Source: Longimicrobiales bacterium (GTDB lineage: Bacteria; Gemmatimonadota; Gemmatimonadetes; Longimicrobiales; Gaopeijiaceae). Taken from it: 64,000 nucleotides of DNA. Shown one piece after another: positions 41,930-53,500 of this stretch. The notes under the pieces are model-generated. The model was not told the DNA's origin, made no database searches, and worked only from the letters and a program-made list of their open reading frames with translations. The stretch lies in NCBI GenBank assembly GCA_965219445.1, contig CBDCNQ010000005.1, positions 448,001-512,000 on the forward strand, given 5' to 3'. Each line of letters opens with the position of its first letter. Within the stretch, counting starts at the first letter, position 1. The position numbers and the translations under genes are program-made.

Positions 41930-42870
41930 ATGCGCTTGGCCCCTAATCCAAGCAGTGCACCGGGACTCGCGATGCTCTCCGCCTCGATGTCGGGCCTCTC
42001 CGCCAACCCCGCAAGGAGTGATTCGTACAGCCGGGCACGCGACGGCCTCTGTGTGGACGCCGCCACCTCAACCGGAATGGCGACGGAATCTTCTCCCAAA
42101 GGGTCCACCCGAGCACGGTCCGGACTCGAGCCGACGAGCCCCCGATCAACACGAGTACCGAAACGGCGACGGCCACCTGGCAGACCACCGCCGCGTCCCG
42201 CCCGAACGACTCACCTCGATCCGGTAGCCCGGAACTCTGCCGAGAAAGGAAAGTAAATAGCCGCCTGTGCCTCCAGATTGCGAGCCCCGGAAGTACCGTT
42301 ATGGCGATTACGACCCCCCTGGGCCGCCACCACTGCGCCGAACGTCAACGCCCGGTCGAGCAAAGACCATCCGAGCACCTGGTCCGGCCAGGTCCATCGA
42401 ATGGCAACGCCCAATGAGAGCACCACGCCAAGCGCCACCGCACCGGCTCTACGCCCTCGGACCTCGACATGCCGCACGAACTCGAACGCAAGACGCCATC
42501 GATCGACTCCAAGAGCAGGCTGGATGGCCACAGACCGCGTCGCCGCTATACGCTCCTCCGCCATCAGCAGGACCCCACAGACCAGGGCGGCGCCGGCAAG
42601 CAGAAGAAGGGCTGCGGTTAGGACGCCCAGCAATCCAGTAAACGCTAACTCCTGAGCGGCGGAGGCAGGAACAAGGGCCGCTGCCCACTCGCCCGTCCAG
42701 TCCGGATCCGCCACCGGAGGCACCGTCATGAGGGACCCCCGGCCCAGACCGAGCACCATCCCCGCGATGGCGCAGAATCCGGCGGCCAGTCCTACGAAGG
42801 CAGAGACAAGGTGCCCTAGCCGACTCACCGCAGAGTCGAAACGCACCGCTATGAGGTGCTGCACCCTCAC
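41930..42870 (-). pseudogene. Degraded membrane permease (FtsX-like) fragments
   Basis: Hydrophobic segments with AIQPALGVDRWRL and CQVAVAVSVL across shifting frames. Confidence 0.35.
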
Positions 42871-43257
42871 TCCCCTGATTCTCGCAGGGAGCTCGATCTT
42901 CCCCGGGCTCGGCCGACGCGCGGTCTCCATGCCTCCAGTTGCGCATGGGCCACTGCCGCGAACCGAAGGACCGAAGGACCGATTCTTGGCGCGTAGATTT
43001 TTCCCTCTGCCGTTGCTGGGGGAGAACGGCTGGGCTGAGCGTGAACCAATACCTGAGAGTGATCCTACGGTCTTTGGCGGCTCAGGCGCAAGCTGCCCTT
43101 CCCTGGGGGCGGTCGCGCCACCAGCGTGTCGCCCTGCAGAAAAAGAACCAGGACAAGCTTTGTTGCAACCCACGAATCTTGATCCAGGGTGACCAACGCA
43201 AAGACGAGATAGCCTGAGAGCCCCAGAGACCGACGAAGGGCGGGGAATAGAAGCCGG

Positions 43258-43700
43258 ATGAGGAAGTCGAGATTCTGTGAAGAACTGATCGCGATGGCGC
43301 TGCGCGAAGGCCGGCACGCCTGTGGTGGAAGATCATATGCAAGCTTGGGATCAGCGAGCAGACGCACTACTGGCGGAAGAGGAAGTAGAACGGCTTGGGG
43401 GGTGTCGGAACTCCGGGAGCTCAAAGCGATCCGGGAAGAGAACCGTCGGCTGAAGACGCTAATGGCGGATTCTGTCCTTGGACAAGACAGTCCAGCAAAA
43501 GGCGCTCATGAGAAAATGGTGGGGCTCGACGCACCGAAGAGGGGGGGGGTGACGTGAGCACGGGAGGCCTACCTGCTACCTGAGAGGGGGTTGCAGGCGC
43601 TGGGCCATGGACTTTGTCTTGGCAGAACAGCTCCCCCCCCGGCACTGAATAAAGCTAGCCCAACACGTCCGGCGTTGGTCCATCAGTTTTCGAGGTTGCT
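43258..43700 (+). mobile_element. Highly degenerate IS3-family remnant
   Basis: MRKSRFCEELIAMALR...GVSELRELKAIREENRRLK; WAMDFV motif near 43601. Confidence 0.7.
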
Positions 43701-43797
43701 CGAGGCGAACGTAGGACTCGGCCCTCTGGGCGTGGGAATCGGGGAAGTGGACCCACCTTTTCACTTGGCAGGCAAGACCAATTTGTCAGCCCTCGAA

Positions 43798-44127
43798 TCA
43801 GCTGGCCCGCTCAGCAACTGACGTGACAAAACGTTCCACCAGTGCTGAGGTGTAGGCCGGAGCGTCGTACGTTGGCACATGACGGCCATGTAGGAGAGTA
43901 TGCGACCTAAAGCATGCGTCCTCATCCGCGAAGCGCGTGAGCCTTCCTCGGTACTCGTCACTGTTGAGAGGCGCGTGGAGGAACGGAACCGGTGGCGGTT
44001 CGGAAAGGCGGGAAAGCGCGCCGAGTGGAGCGCCTTCGCGTGAGTACGCATTCCTGATCTCCCGGCTAGCGCGGGTGTACATGCTGAACCCGTATTCGTT
44101 CCCCAGGGCGATTTCCCTGGACCGCAC
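43798..44127 (-). pseudogene. Alpha/beta-hydrolase C-terminal fragment (HOD/QDO-like)
   Basis: YGFSMYTRASREIRNAY...GAPLGAL...GRHVPTYDAP...VERF; truncated next to IS3. Confidence 0.4.
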
Positions 44128-44214
44128 CCGCCTTGGAGCTCCGGCGAGCTACCCCTGATTGAGCGTTGGATAAGGACAATACGTATCTACAGCGGCCGGT
44201 GCTACCCCCCTCTC

Positions 44215-45774
44215 TGCCAACTTAGGTGAGACACGGAACGAGTAAAGAATTAGAGTAGGGCGAAGGCAGAGAAACCGAGGATGCTGAGACACCGAGAGAG
44301 GATGGAAGAGAATGGAAACGCCCCACTAACCTGGGAGGGTAAGCGAAGCGCGGCAGCTGCTCCGGACGCGGAGGTGGTAGATAAGCCGACGCGCCGGCGG
44401 TTCGCTCCGTCGTACAAGCTGCGGATCGTCGAAGAAGCGGACCGGTGCACGGAGCCCGGAGAGGTTGGCCGACTCCTACGGCGGGAGGGCTTGTACTCGT
44501 CGCACCTGACGACATGGCGCAAGGCGGCGCATAGCGGGTCCCTGAAAGCGCTGTCGAAGAAACGAGGCCGTAAGCGCGAGCGCAATCCGCTGGAGGAGAA
44601 GGTGCGCAAGCTGGAGCGCGAGAACACTCGCCTCGAGAAGGAGCTCCAGAAGGCGCACTTGATCATCGACGTCCAGGGAAAAGTTGCAGGGCTGCTGGGA
44701 TTGAGCCTCGAGGACGGGACGAACTCATGAAGGCGACCCAGGAGCTAGCCAAGCACGTAGGGGTGAAGCCCGCGTGCGATGCGCTCAGGGTGCCGCGAGC
44801 CACGTTCTACCGTCGTCGGAGTGCATCGACCGGGCATCAGCAGCCCCGCCCGACCCCAGCCCGGGCCTTGAGTGAGAGGGAGCGGGACAAGATTTTCGAC
44901 ACCCTGTGTTCGGAGCGGTTCGTGGACCGGTCCCCAGCCGAGGTGGTGGCGACGCTGCTCGACGAGGACGTCTACCTGTGCAGCGAGCGTACGATGTATC
45001 GCGTTCTGGCTTCCCAGGTGCCGGTTCAGGAGCGTCGAGCGCAGCGGAGTCATCCCAAATACCAGAAGCCCGAGTTGATGGCGAGGGGCCCGAACCAGGT
45101 CTGGTCCTGGGATATCACCCGGCTGCTGGGGCCGAAGAAGTGGAGTTACTTCTACCTCTACGTGATCCTGGACATCTTCAGCCGCTACGTCGTGGGATGG
45201 ATGGTGGCGGATCGGGAGAACTCTGCCCTGGCCAGCCGGCTGATCCAGCAGAGTTGCTTGAAGCATGGCGTCCAGCCCCACCTCCTGACCCTGCATTCCG
45301 ATCGAGGGGCTCCGATGACGAGCCAATGCACGGCTCAACTACTCGCCGATCTCGGCGTGACCCGCTCGTTGGGCCGACCCCAGGTCTCGGATGACAATCC
45401 GTTCTCCGAGGCTCAGTTCAAGACCTTGAAGTACCATCCCTCGTTTCCCGGCCGGTTCGGGGATCAGGGGCAAGCCAAGACCTTCTGTCGCTCGTTCTTC
45501 CGTTGGTATAATGCCGAGCACCGCCATGGCGGCATCTCGATGCTGACCCCCGAACAGGTCCACTTCGGTCACGCCGATCGGATCATCGCCTGCAGGAAGG
45601 CCGTGCTCCGTGAGGCATGGGCCGCTCATCCCGAGCGCTTCGTCTCCGGTGAGCCGAAGCCTAAACCACTCCCGGAGGCCGTCTGGATCAATCCTCCCAC
45701 CCCATCCCTCACGACACAGGAGATTGCTCTCTAATTAATTCCCAAGAGTGTCTCACTGGCGTTGACAGGCTCCG
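44215..45774 (+). mobile_element. IS3-family element, apparently intact (orfA 44281-44730, orfB 44727-45734)
   Basis: IRs TGCCAACTTAGGTGAGACAC / TGTCAACGCCAGTGAGACAC; WSWDIT, HSDRG, DNPFSEAQFKTLK; ATGA overlap. Confidence 0.93.
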
Positions 45775-45933
45775 CCACCTCCCGAGCGGGACACGTGACT
45801 GCCGGAAGCTGCGGCCTTGATCTCCCTAGCCGGGTGACACCGCTGACCATCCTTCGGTCTTCACCGTGAGGGCGTTCGAAGAAGCACCTCAAAGTTCGAA
45901 AGACTTTAAGTCTGGCCACCAGCCCCGAAAAAC

Positions 45934-46260
45934 TCACTGGACGCACAGGAGCCTCGCGGGAGGTATCCGTGCGCCGCAAACCGCCGGAGAAAACGCTCCG
46001 AGCACAACGATTGCCAGCCGCACCGCTGAAACACGGGCAAGTGTCAAAGGATCCCAGCGACCTACTCCGAACAGCTGGCTCGCAAATGTCACGAGGCCTA
46101 CCACCACTCCGGCAGAGCCGAGCCGAAACGCCTGCCACATGACGATCAAGAGCAGGAAACTCGGCGAGGCACCTACCGCCATCCTGACGCCTAGGTCATG
46201 AAACCTCCCACGCATTAGGAAAGACTCGATTGCGTAGAGACCAGCAGCTGCCACGATCAC
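45934..46260 (-). pseudogene. ADOP/FtsX permease C-terminal fragment
   Basis: GLYAIESF...DLGVRMAVGASP...LFGVGRWDP; parallels the C-terminus of 39432-41912. Confidence 0.7.
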
Positions 46261-46281
46261 GGTGGCGCCAGAGAGCCAACA

Positions 46282-47061
46282 TCAGAGGCCCCCGAACTTC
46301 AGACCGCCGGTGAGCTCGATAGTTTCCCCGGTGAGGAACTCGCACTCGATTCCGAAGCGGATAGCGAGCCACACGTCGGATGCCTCACCCACCCTTCCAA
46401 GCGGAGTGCGTCGCGTCAACGCATTGATCGCTTCATGGGATATGGATTGGAGCATCGGAGTCCCTATCAGCCCGGGTGAGACCGTGAAGACCCTGATGCC
46501 GGCTCTTCCCAACTCAAGAGCCCATGAGCGACTGGCGGCCTCCAAGCCTGCCTTCGAAGCCGCATACGCCCCTTGCCCGAGGTTTCCGGCACGCGCTGCG
46601 GACGAGACATTTGCGATCACGCGATCACCGCTTTGCTCCGCGCTCAGCATGGCTCCGGCCGCCGCTCTGGCAATCAAGAACGCGCCCCGGAGGTTTGTTG
46701 CTATCACGCGGTCCCACAGGGCCACCGGTTGCTTCTTGGTCCACCCACCCATCGGCTCAGCAAGCACACCATCACCTAGCACCCCGATGGCATTAACGCA
46801 GCAGTTTATCGATCCCAGGCGATCCGAAGCCTCAGCCACGAAGCCCTCTACCTGCTCCTCATGCAGCACATCCATAACCTGGCAAAGTACCGGTGGGTTT
46901 GCGCCCATCGAGGCCTCAGTGCCTGCCAACCGCTCGTCTCGCCGGTCACTGAGAGCAGTCCGCGCACCCATGTGACCCATCTCTCGAGCGATCACACCGC
47001 CAATACCGCCGCCTGCTCCGAAAATCAGGGCTCTGCATTCCGAAATGACCATCCGTGCCAT
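46282..47061 (-). CDS. SDR-family oxidoreductase (FabG-like)
   Basis: GAGGGIG, NVSS, YAASK, PGLIGTPM, PLGRVG. Confidence 0.9.
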   Translation of the reverse strand: MARMVISECRALIFGAGGGIGGVIAREMGHMGARTALSDRRDERLAGTEASMGANPPVLCQVMDVLHEEQVEGFVAEASDRLGSINCCVNAIGVLGDGVLAEPMGGWTKKQPVALWDRVIATNLRGAFLIARAAAGAMLSAEQSGDRVIANVSSAARAGNLGQGAYAASKAGLEAASRSWALELGRAGIRVFTVSPGLIGTPMLQSISHEAINALTRRTPLGRVGEASDVWLAIRFGIECEFLTGETIELTGGLKFGGL

Positions 47062-47099
47062 CACCGTCCACGAGCAGTGCCAACTGGCGGCATATGAAT

Positions 47100-47471
47100 C
47101 TATATAGCAGGTCGGTCGAAGAAGGTACGCCGGCACCTGATCAGGCCGTCTTCAAACCGAAAGAAGTCTGCATACCGCTCTTTCAAAGCACTCCCGTCCC
47201 GATGCAGTCCTTCAAAGAGCCCCCAACATGCGACGGTATCCCGATCACTGAGTGCGCAGCGCACGGTGTGTCGCCCCCATCTTATTGGGCGCTCCTCCCG
47301 ATAAAACTGTAGGAGCTCCGTCCGCCCGACCATCCGAGGATAGCCCGGACGTTCATAGATTACATCGCGGTGGAAGATTCGCCCTAGTTCGCGCCAGTCA
47401 CAAGCATCAATCACCGCATACAACCCGATGATGTTCGCTTTATAGCCTTCACAACGAAGCGGTGACTCCAT
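47100..47471 (-). CDS. SnoaL/NTF2-like protein
   Basis: LYAVIDACDW...IFHRDVIYERPG...ADFFRFEDGLI; 123 aa; immediately after the TE-bearing NRPS. Confidence 0.8.
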   Translation of the reverse strand: MESPLRCEGYKANIIGLYAVIDACDWRELGRIFHRDVIYERPGYPRMVGRTELLQFYREERPIRWGRHTVRCALSDRDTVACWGLFEGLHRDGSALKERYADFFRFEDGLIRCRRTFFDRPAI

Positions 47472-47527
47472 TCCGTGCTCCCCTGAACCCTCGCTGGGTT
47501 CTATACTACATCTTGACTACATCTCGC

Positions 47528-50500
47528 CTACGCCGAACCGCATTGTCTCGCCATCACGAGAACGGTCCGAAGTTCCTCGGCCACCGCACCCACAAAAGGC
47601 TCCTTCATGATTTCGTTGTGAATGCACGGGACCTGCCTGATAACGAGCGAACCGTCTATCAGGCGCTGCCAGTACGGGGCGGGCTCCTCACCCGTGGGCA
47701 GGGGTTCGTTCGAAGCGCGAAGGAACAACACATCCCCTCTGAAGCGCGTCGGTCTGTACTGCAGCCATGCGCTTCGATTCCGTTCGTACACTGCTAGTCG
47801 CTCAGCCCTGCTCTCGGGAGCCGACATACGGGCCAGTTCCGACCGGGCGACAGCAAGTTGCTCATCCGGTGACATGCCCTCCAGCTTGTCAAGGAAGCCG
47901 GAACCTGTCAAATCGCTCATAATAGCCATTATTGGTGCAACATGATTTATCTGCTCACCGACATAGCCTCGACAGTCAATGAGCGTCAAGGAGCCAACAA
48001 CCTTCTTTACTGCCTCCAACTGGAGAGCCATCTCATAGGCTATCACGCCGCCGAACGACCACCCAACAAGGTTCAGCGGATCAGCGAGGCCCCGAGTGCG
48101 AATCTCCTCCACGTAATCCCTGGCCATTACCTCGACCGTTCCATGTCGCGCGAAGCGCGGGCTTTCGCAAGACGTGGCACGTATACCGAAGACATTGAAA
48201 TCCTTAGCGAGCAACTTACTCAGCGCCTCATAGGAGAGTACGCCGGCCCCCACCGCATGAGGGCAGATCACACTCGCCATTCCGATCTTCTCTGTGGTCA
48301 GAGCGACAACGAGGGGCGGCTCACCCACGCTGACTGGCAGCGTGTCGCCGAGACCGCCTGCAAGTGCTCTTACTGTACCAGAGGAGTAGAATGCTTCCAG
48401 GGACGGACTGGCGCCCAGGCGTGCTTGGATCAGGTCGGACACTCGCATCGCCAGAAGCGAATGGCCACCGAGTTCGAAGAAGTTGTCATGGATCCCGATT
48501 TCCTCGACCCCGAGAACCTCGCTCCAGATCTCGGCGATCACCTTTTCGACCCGCGTCCGAGGCTCCACGTACTCGGCGAGTCCATCTCTTTGGTTCGTCG
48601 GCTCCGGTAGGCTGGCCCGGTCGATCTTGCCACTCGGGTTCAGTGGCAACTCGTCCAGTGCCACCAAATAGTTCGGCACCATGAACTCAGGAAGTCGATC
48701 GCGCAGATACCGACGCACTTCGCCCGTCCCATCCGCCCTTCCCTCCAACACCACATACCCAACCAGTTTTCGGTCCCCCTCCTCGTCCTCCTGCACTACC
48801 ACCACCGCGTCACGCACCCGCTCGTGACCCATCAGCACCGACTCGACCTCGCCCGGCTCGATCCGAAATCCTCGCACCTTCACCTGATCGTCGAACCGCC
48901 CCAGGAATTCCAACTGCCCATCTGAGCGCCACCGCACACGATCCCCCGTCACGTACAAACGCTCCCCCCTCTCGCCAAACGGGTTCGGCACGAACCGCTC
49001 CGCTGTCAGGCCTGCTCGACCCCAGTACCCCCGAGCTAAACCCGCACCTCCGATGTACAACTCGCCCGCCACACCCACCGCCACCAACTGCATCCCCCCG
49101 TCCAGCACGTACAACGTCCATCCCGGTAATGGACGGCCGATCGCGCTGTGTCTCGTTGCACTCTCCTTAACATCCAATCTCTTGAGCGTACTGTGGACAG
49201 TCGCTTCTGTGATCCCGTACATATTGCACAAGATCAGGTCGCTGTCCGCACGCTCCCGAAGCCAATCCTGAGTGCTCGTTACGTCCAGCGCTTCACCGCC
49301 CAGCACCACATATTTCACGCCACTTAGAAACGCCTCATCGCACTGACCATCGACGTTCCTGAGCTCCATGAACGCCGAAGGCGTTTGGTTGACGATAGTA
49401 ATTCCCTCGTCGCGAATAAACTCACCAAACGCTGTCGCCGACCTGCTTACCCAGAACGGCACAATGACCAGTCGAGATCCGTGAAGCAGCGCGCCCCATA
49501 TCTCCCACACGGAAAAGTCGAACGCATAGGAGTGGAATAGCGGCCAAGTATCCGATTCATCGAACCGAAAATGATGATCCGTGGCCCTGAAGAGCCCCGC
49601 CACTGCACCGTGCGGGATCAGAACACCTTTCGGGGTACCCGTGGAGCCGGAGGTGTAGATGATATAGGCCAGGTTCTCGGGATCGACCGGCACCTGCAGA
49701 TTCATCGTATCCGCGGTATCGAAGATCGGCTCCTCTCGATCGAGGTACACGACTTCCACGGCCAGTGACGGTACCCGGTCCACCAGACGCCGCTGCGTCA
49801 GTAATACCTCGACCTCACTGTCCTCCGCCATGAATGCCCGCCGCTTCGGCGGATAGTCAGGATCTAGTGGCACATACGCTCCGCCCGCCTTCAATGCCCC
49901 CAACATCCCCACTACCAACTCCATCCCACGCTCTACACACAGCCCTACCCGTACTTCCGGACCCACACCCAGCCGCCTCAGTTGATGCGCAACCTGATTC
50001 GCCCGCTCGTTCAGCTCTCTGTACGTATACCGCTCCCCCTCACACTCCACTGCAATCCCTTCCGGCGTTCGCTCCACCTGCCCTTCGAACAGCTCGTGAA
50101 CACTCGCCTCCGGATACGATACCCCCGTCTCGTTCCACTCCTCCAACAGCTGCCGACGCTCGTCTTCACCCAGCATCGCCATCTCATAAATCGGACACTC
50201 CACATCCTCCACCACACTCTCCAACAACCGCCCGTAATGTCCCATCATCCGCTCGATCGTCGCGCTATCGAACAGGTCCGTGCTGTACTCGAGCCAACCT
50301 CTTAGGCCCTGGGGATTGCGCACTACAAAGACTTGTAGATCGAACTTGGAAGACTTGTACGAAGTCGTCGTCCGTCGGAGATCTATGGCGCCGCCAAGCC
50401 GCCGAACCGAGTCACTCGCGATGGGCATCGAAAACATCACCTGGAAGACCGGATTGTACGCCGGACTCCGTTCGACGTTGAGCTCCTCCACCAGCTTCGC

Positions 50501-53500
50501 GAACGGCAGATCCTGATGCTCGTACGCCTCCAGCGTCGTCTCACGAATCCGTCGCAGCACCTCCCGGAAGCTCGGCTCCCCCGACAGATCCGTCCGCAGC
50601 GCTAGCGTGTTGACAAAACAGCCAATAATGGGGTCCAGCGTCGGCTCGATCCGGCCGGACGAGACCGAGCCTACAACGACATCTTCCTGTCCCGAATACC
50701 GAGCTATCAGAACCTTGAACGCCGCCAGCAACACCATGAACAGCGTCGCACCTTCTTCCCGACCCAGCCGCTCGAGTGGCTGGGCCAAGGTCGGATAATC
50801 GAAGTGTAGGAAGGTGCCTCGGTGACTCTGAACCGCCGGCCGGGCTCGATCCGTCGGCAACTCCAACAACTCCGGAGCCCCCGATAACTTCCCCTTCCAG
50901 TACGTCAGCTGCCTCGCTAGCTCCCCACCCTCCAACCACTCTCGCTGCCACATGGCGTAGTCCGCATACTGCACCGGTAGCTCAGGCAATGGTGACGTCG
51001 CCGAACCACCCCCGTACGCCTCGTACAGCACACTCAACTCCCGGAACAGTACATCCATGCTCCATCCATCACTCACAATGTGATGCATCGACAGAAGCAG
51101 GACATGCTCCGAATCGGACAACCTCAATAGCTCCGCCCGGAACAGTGGCCCTCGCTCCAGATCGAAGCCCCGCCCCGCCATCTCCTCCGCCCGCCGCCGA
51201 ATCTCCTCCTCCAACTCCGCCCCACCCAGACCCGTCAGATCCTCCCGCGGTAACTCCCACCCCCCAGCCTCTCCCACCACCTGCCAAGGCTCCCCGTCAA
51301 TCTCCACAAACGTCGTTCGCAACGACTCATGCCGACCGATCACCTCCCCAATCGCCCACTCTAACCCCCCAACATCCAACACCCCAGACAGACGAACTCC
51401 ATTATTGATGACGTATGTCGCCCGACCTCGCACGAGCCGCTCGAGGATGAACATCTGTCGCTGCGCATACGATGCAGGGGTGGGTCCTGCCTCGCGGAGT
51501 CTCGGAACCAACCGGGGCCGCGGACTAACCCGAGTCGTTCGCAACTTCCGTACAAGGGCCGCTATCGCACCGATGGTTCTCTTCTCGAAGACGGCCTGAA
51601 CCGGGAGCCCGACACCCAACGCGTCCCGGATCCGCCAAGCGAGACGGGTGGCAGTGAAGGACGTGCCTCCCACCGAAAAGAAGTCATCCGAAAGCGACAA
51701 GCTTGTCGCTCCGGTCACTTCCCGCACCAGCTCCACCAGGAGGCTCTCGATGAGCTCGTACCGTGCAGAGCTACGCTCCCAGTTGGCGTGCCTGAGCCGT
51801 TTCTCGACTTGCCAACCCAGTTCGCGGCGATCAACCTTCCCCGTTGTCGTGGTGGGAAGGCTGTCGACAATGATAATCCCATGAGGGATCATGAAGCTCG
51901 GCATGCGGTCTGTGAGCCACTCGCGCAAATCCCGCTCGTCGATCAAACCGGACGCCCTGGGAATGACAAATGCTATGGGCTCAACACCACGGCTCCCACC
52001 CACGTCGCTCACGACAGCGCAAGCTTTAATATCTGGGTGGGATGATATCATGCTCTCTACCTCTCCTAGTTCCACTCGGAATCCGCGGACCTTCACCTGA
52101 GCATCCACCCGTCCGTGAAACTCTAGCACACCCTTCGGCATCCATCGCACAAGGTCCCCAGTCCGGTAAAGTCGACCACCAGCTTCACCGAAGAGGTCGG
52201 GAACGAACCGTGCCGCTGTAAGGCCGGCGCGGCGCGCGTAGCCTCGGGCAACTGCGGCGCCCCCGACATAGAGCTCGCCCCGCACCCCCACCGGAACCGG
52301 TTGCATCCATTGATCCAACACAAAGCACTTTCTGTCACCGACAGGTTGCCCAATCGGGATCGAGAGCGGGAGAGTGTCGTTGCGGATTTCACCACCGATC
52401 AAGTGGCAGGTAGCGAACACGGTGCATTCGGACGGCCCATATCCGTTGATCACTATCATGTCCGGGTACTCGGTCATCAACGCGTGCACATGTAGTGGAG
52501 AGAGAGACTCCCCCCCCACCAAGATGAGTCGCAATGACCCTAGGATTTCCACCGCAGTGTCGACGATCTCGTTGAAGAGGGACGCAGTCAGCCAAAGATG
52601 TGTAACCGCACCTCTACGAAGGGCGTCGGCAAAATTCGGAAGACTGATTCCACCCTCAGCCGTAGGTGGCACTATTTCGACACGTCCACCACGGAGAAGC
52701 GGGGTCCAGACCTCCAACGTGAGCGCGTCCCAGGAAATCGCGGAATAGTGCGCCCATACCTCAGGAATCAGCTCAAGCGAGTCTGTGTGGAGATCGAAGT
52801 TCTCATGGATGAATCCCGGTATCGCACTATGGTGGACAAGGGTGCCTTTCGGGGTACCCGTGGAGCCGGAGGTGTAGATGATATAGGCCAGGTTCTCGGG
52901 ATCGACCGGCACCTGCAGATTCATCGTATCCGCAGTATCGAAGATCGGCTCCTCTCGATCGAGGTACACGACTTCCACGGCCAGTGACGGTACCCGGTCC
53001 ACCAGACGCCGCTGCGTCAGTAATACCTCGACCTCACTGTCCTCCGCCATGAATGCCAGCCGCTTCGGCGGATAATCAGGATCTAGTGGCACATACGCTC
53101 CGCCCGCCTTCAATGCCCCCAACATCCCCACTACCAACTCCATCCCACGCTCTACACACAGCCCTACCCGTACTTCCGGACCCACACCCAGCCGCCTCAG
53201 TTGATGCGCAACCTGATTCGCCCGCTCGTTCAGCTCTCTGTACGTATACCGCTCCCCCTCACACTCCACTGCAATCCCTTCCGGCGTTCGCTCCACCTGC
53301 CCTTCGAACAGCTCGTGAACACTCGCCTCCGGATACGATACCCCCGTCTCGTTCCACTCCTCCAACAGCTGCCGACGCTCGTCTTCACCCAGCATCGCCA
53401 TCTCATAAATCGGACACTCCACATCCTCCACCACACTCTCCAACAACCGCCCGTAATGTCCCATCATCCGCTCGATCGTCGCGCTATCGAACAGGTCCGT

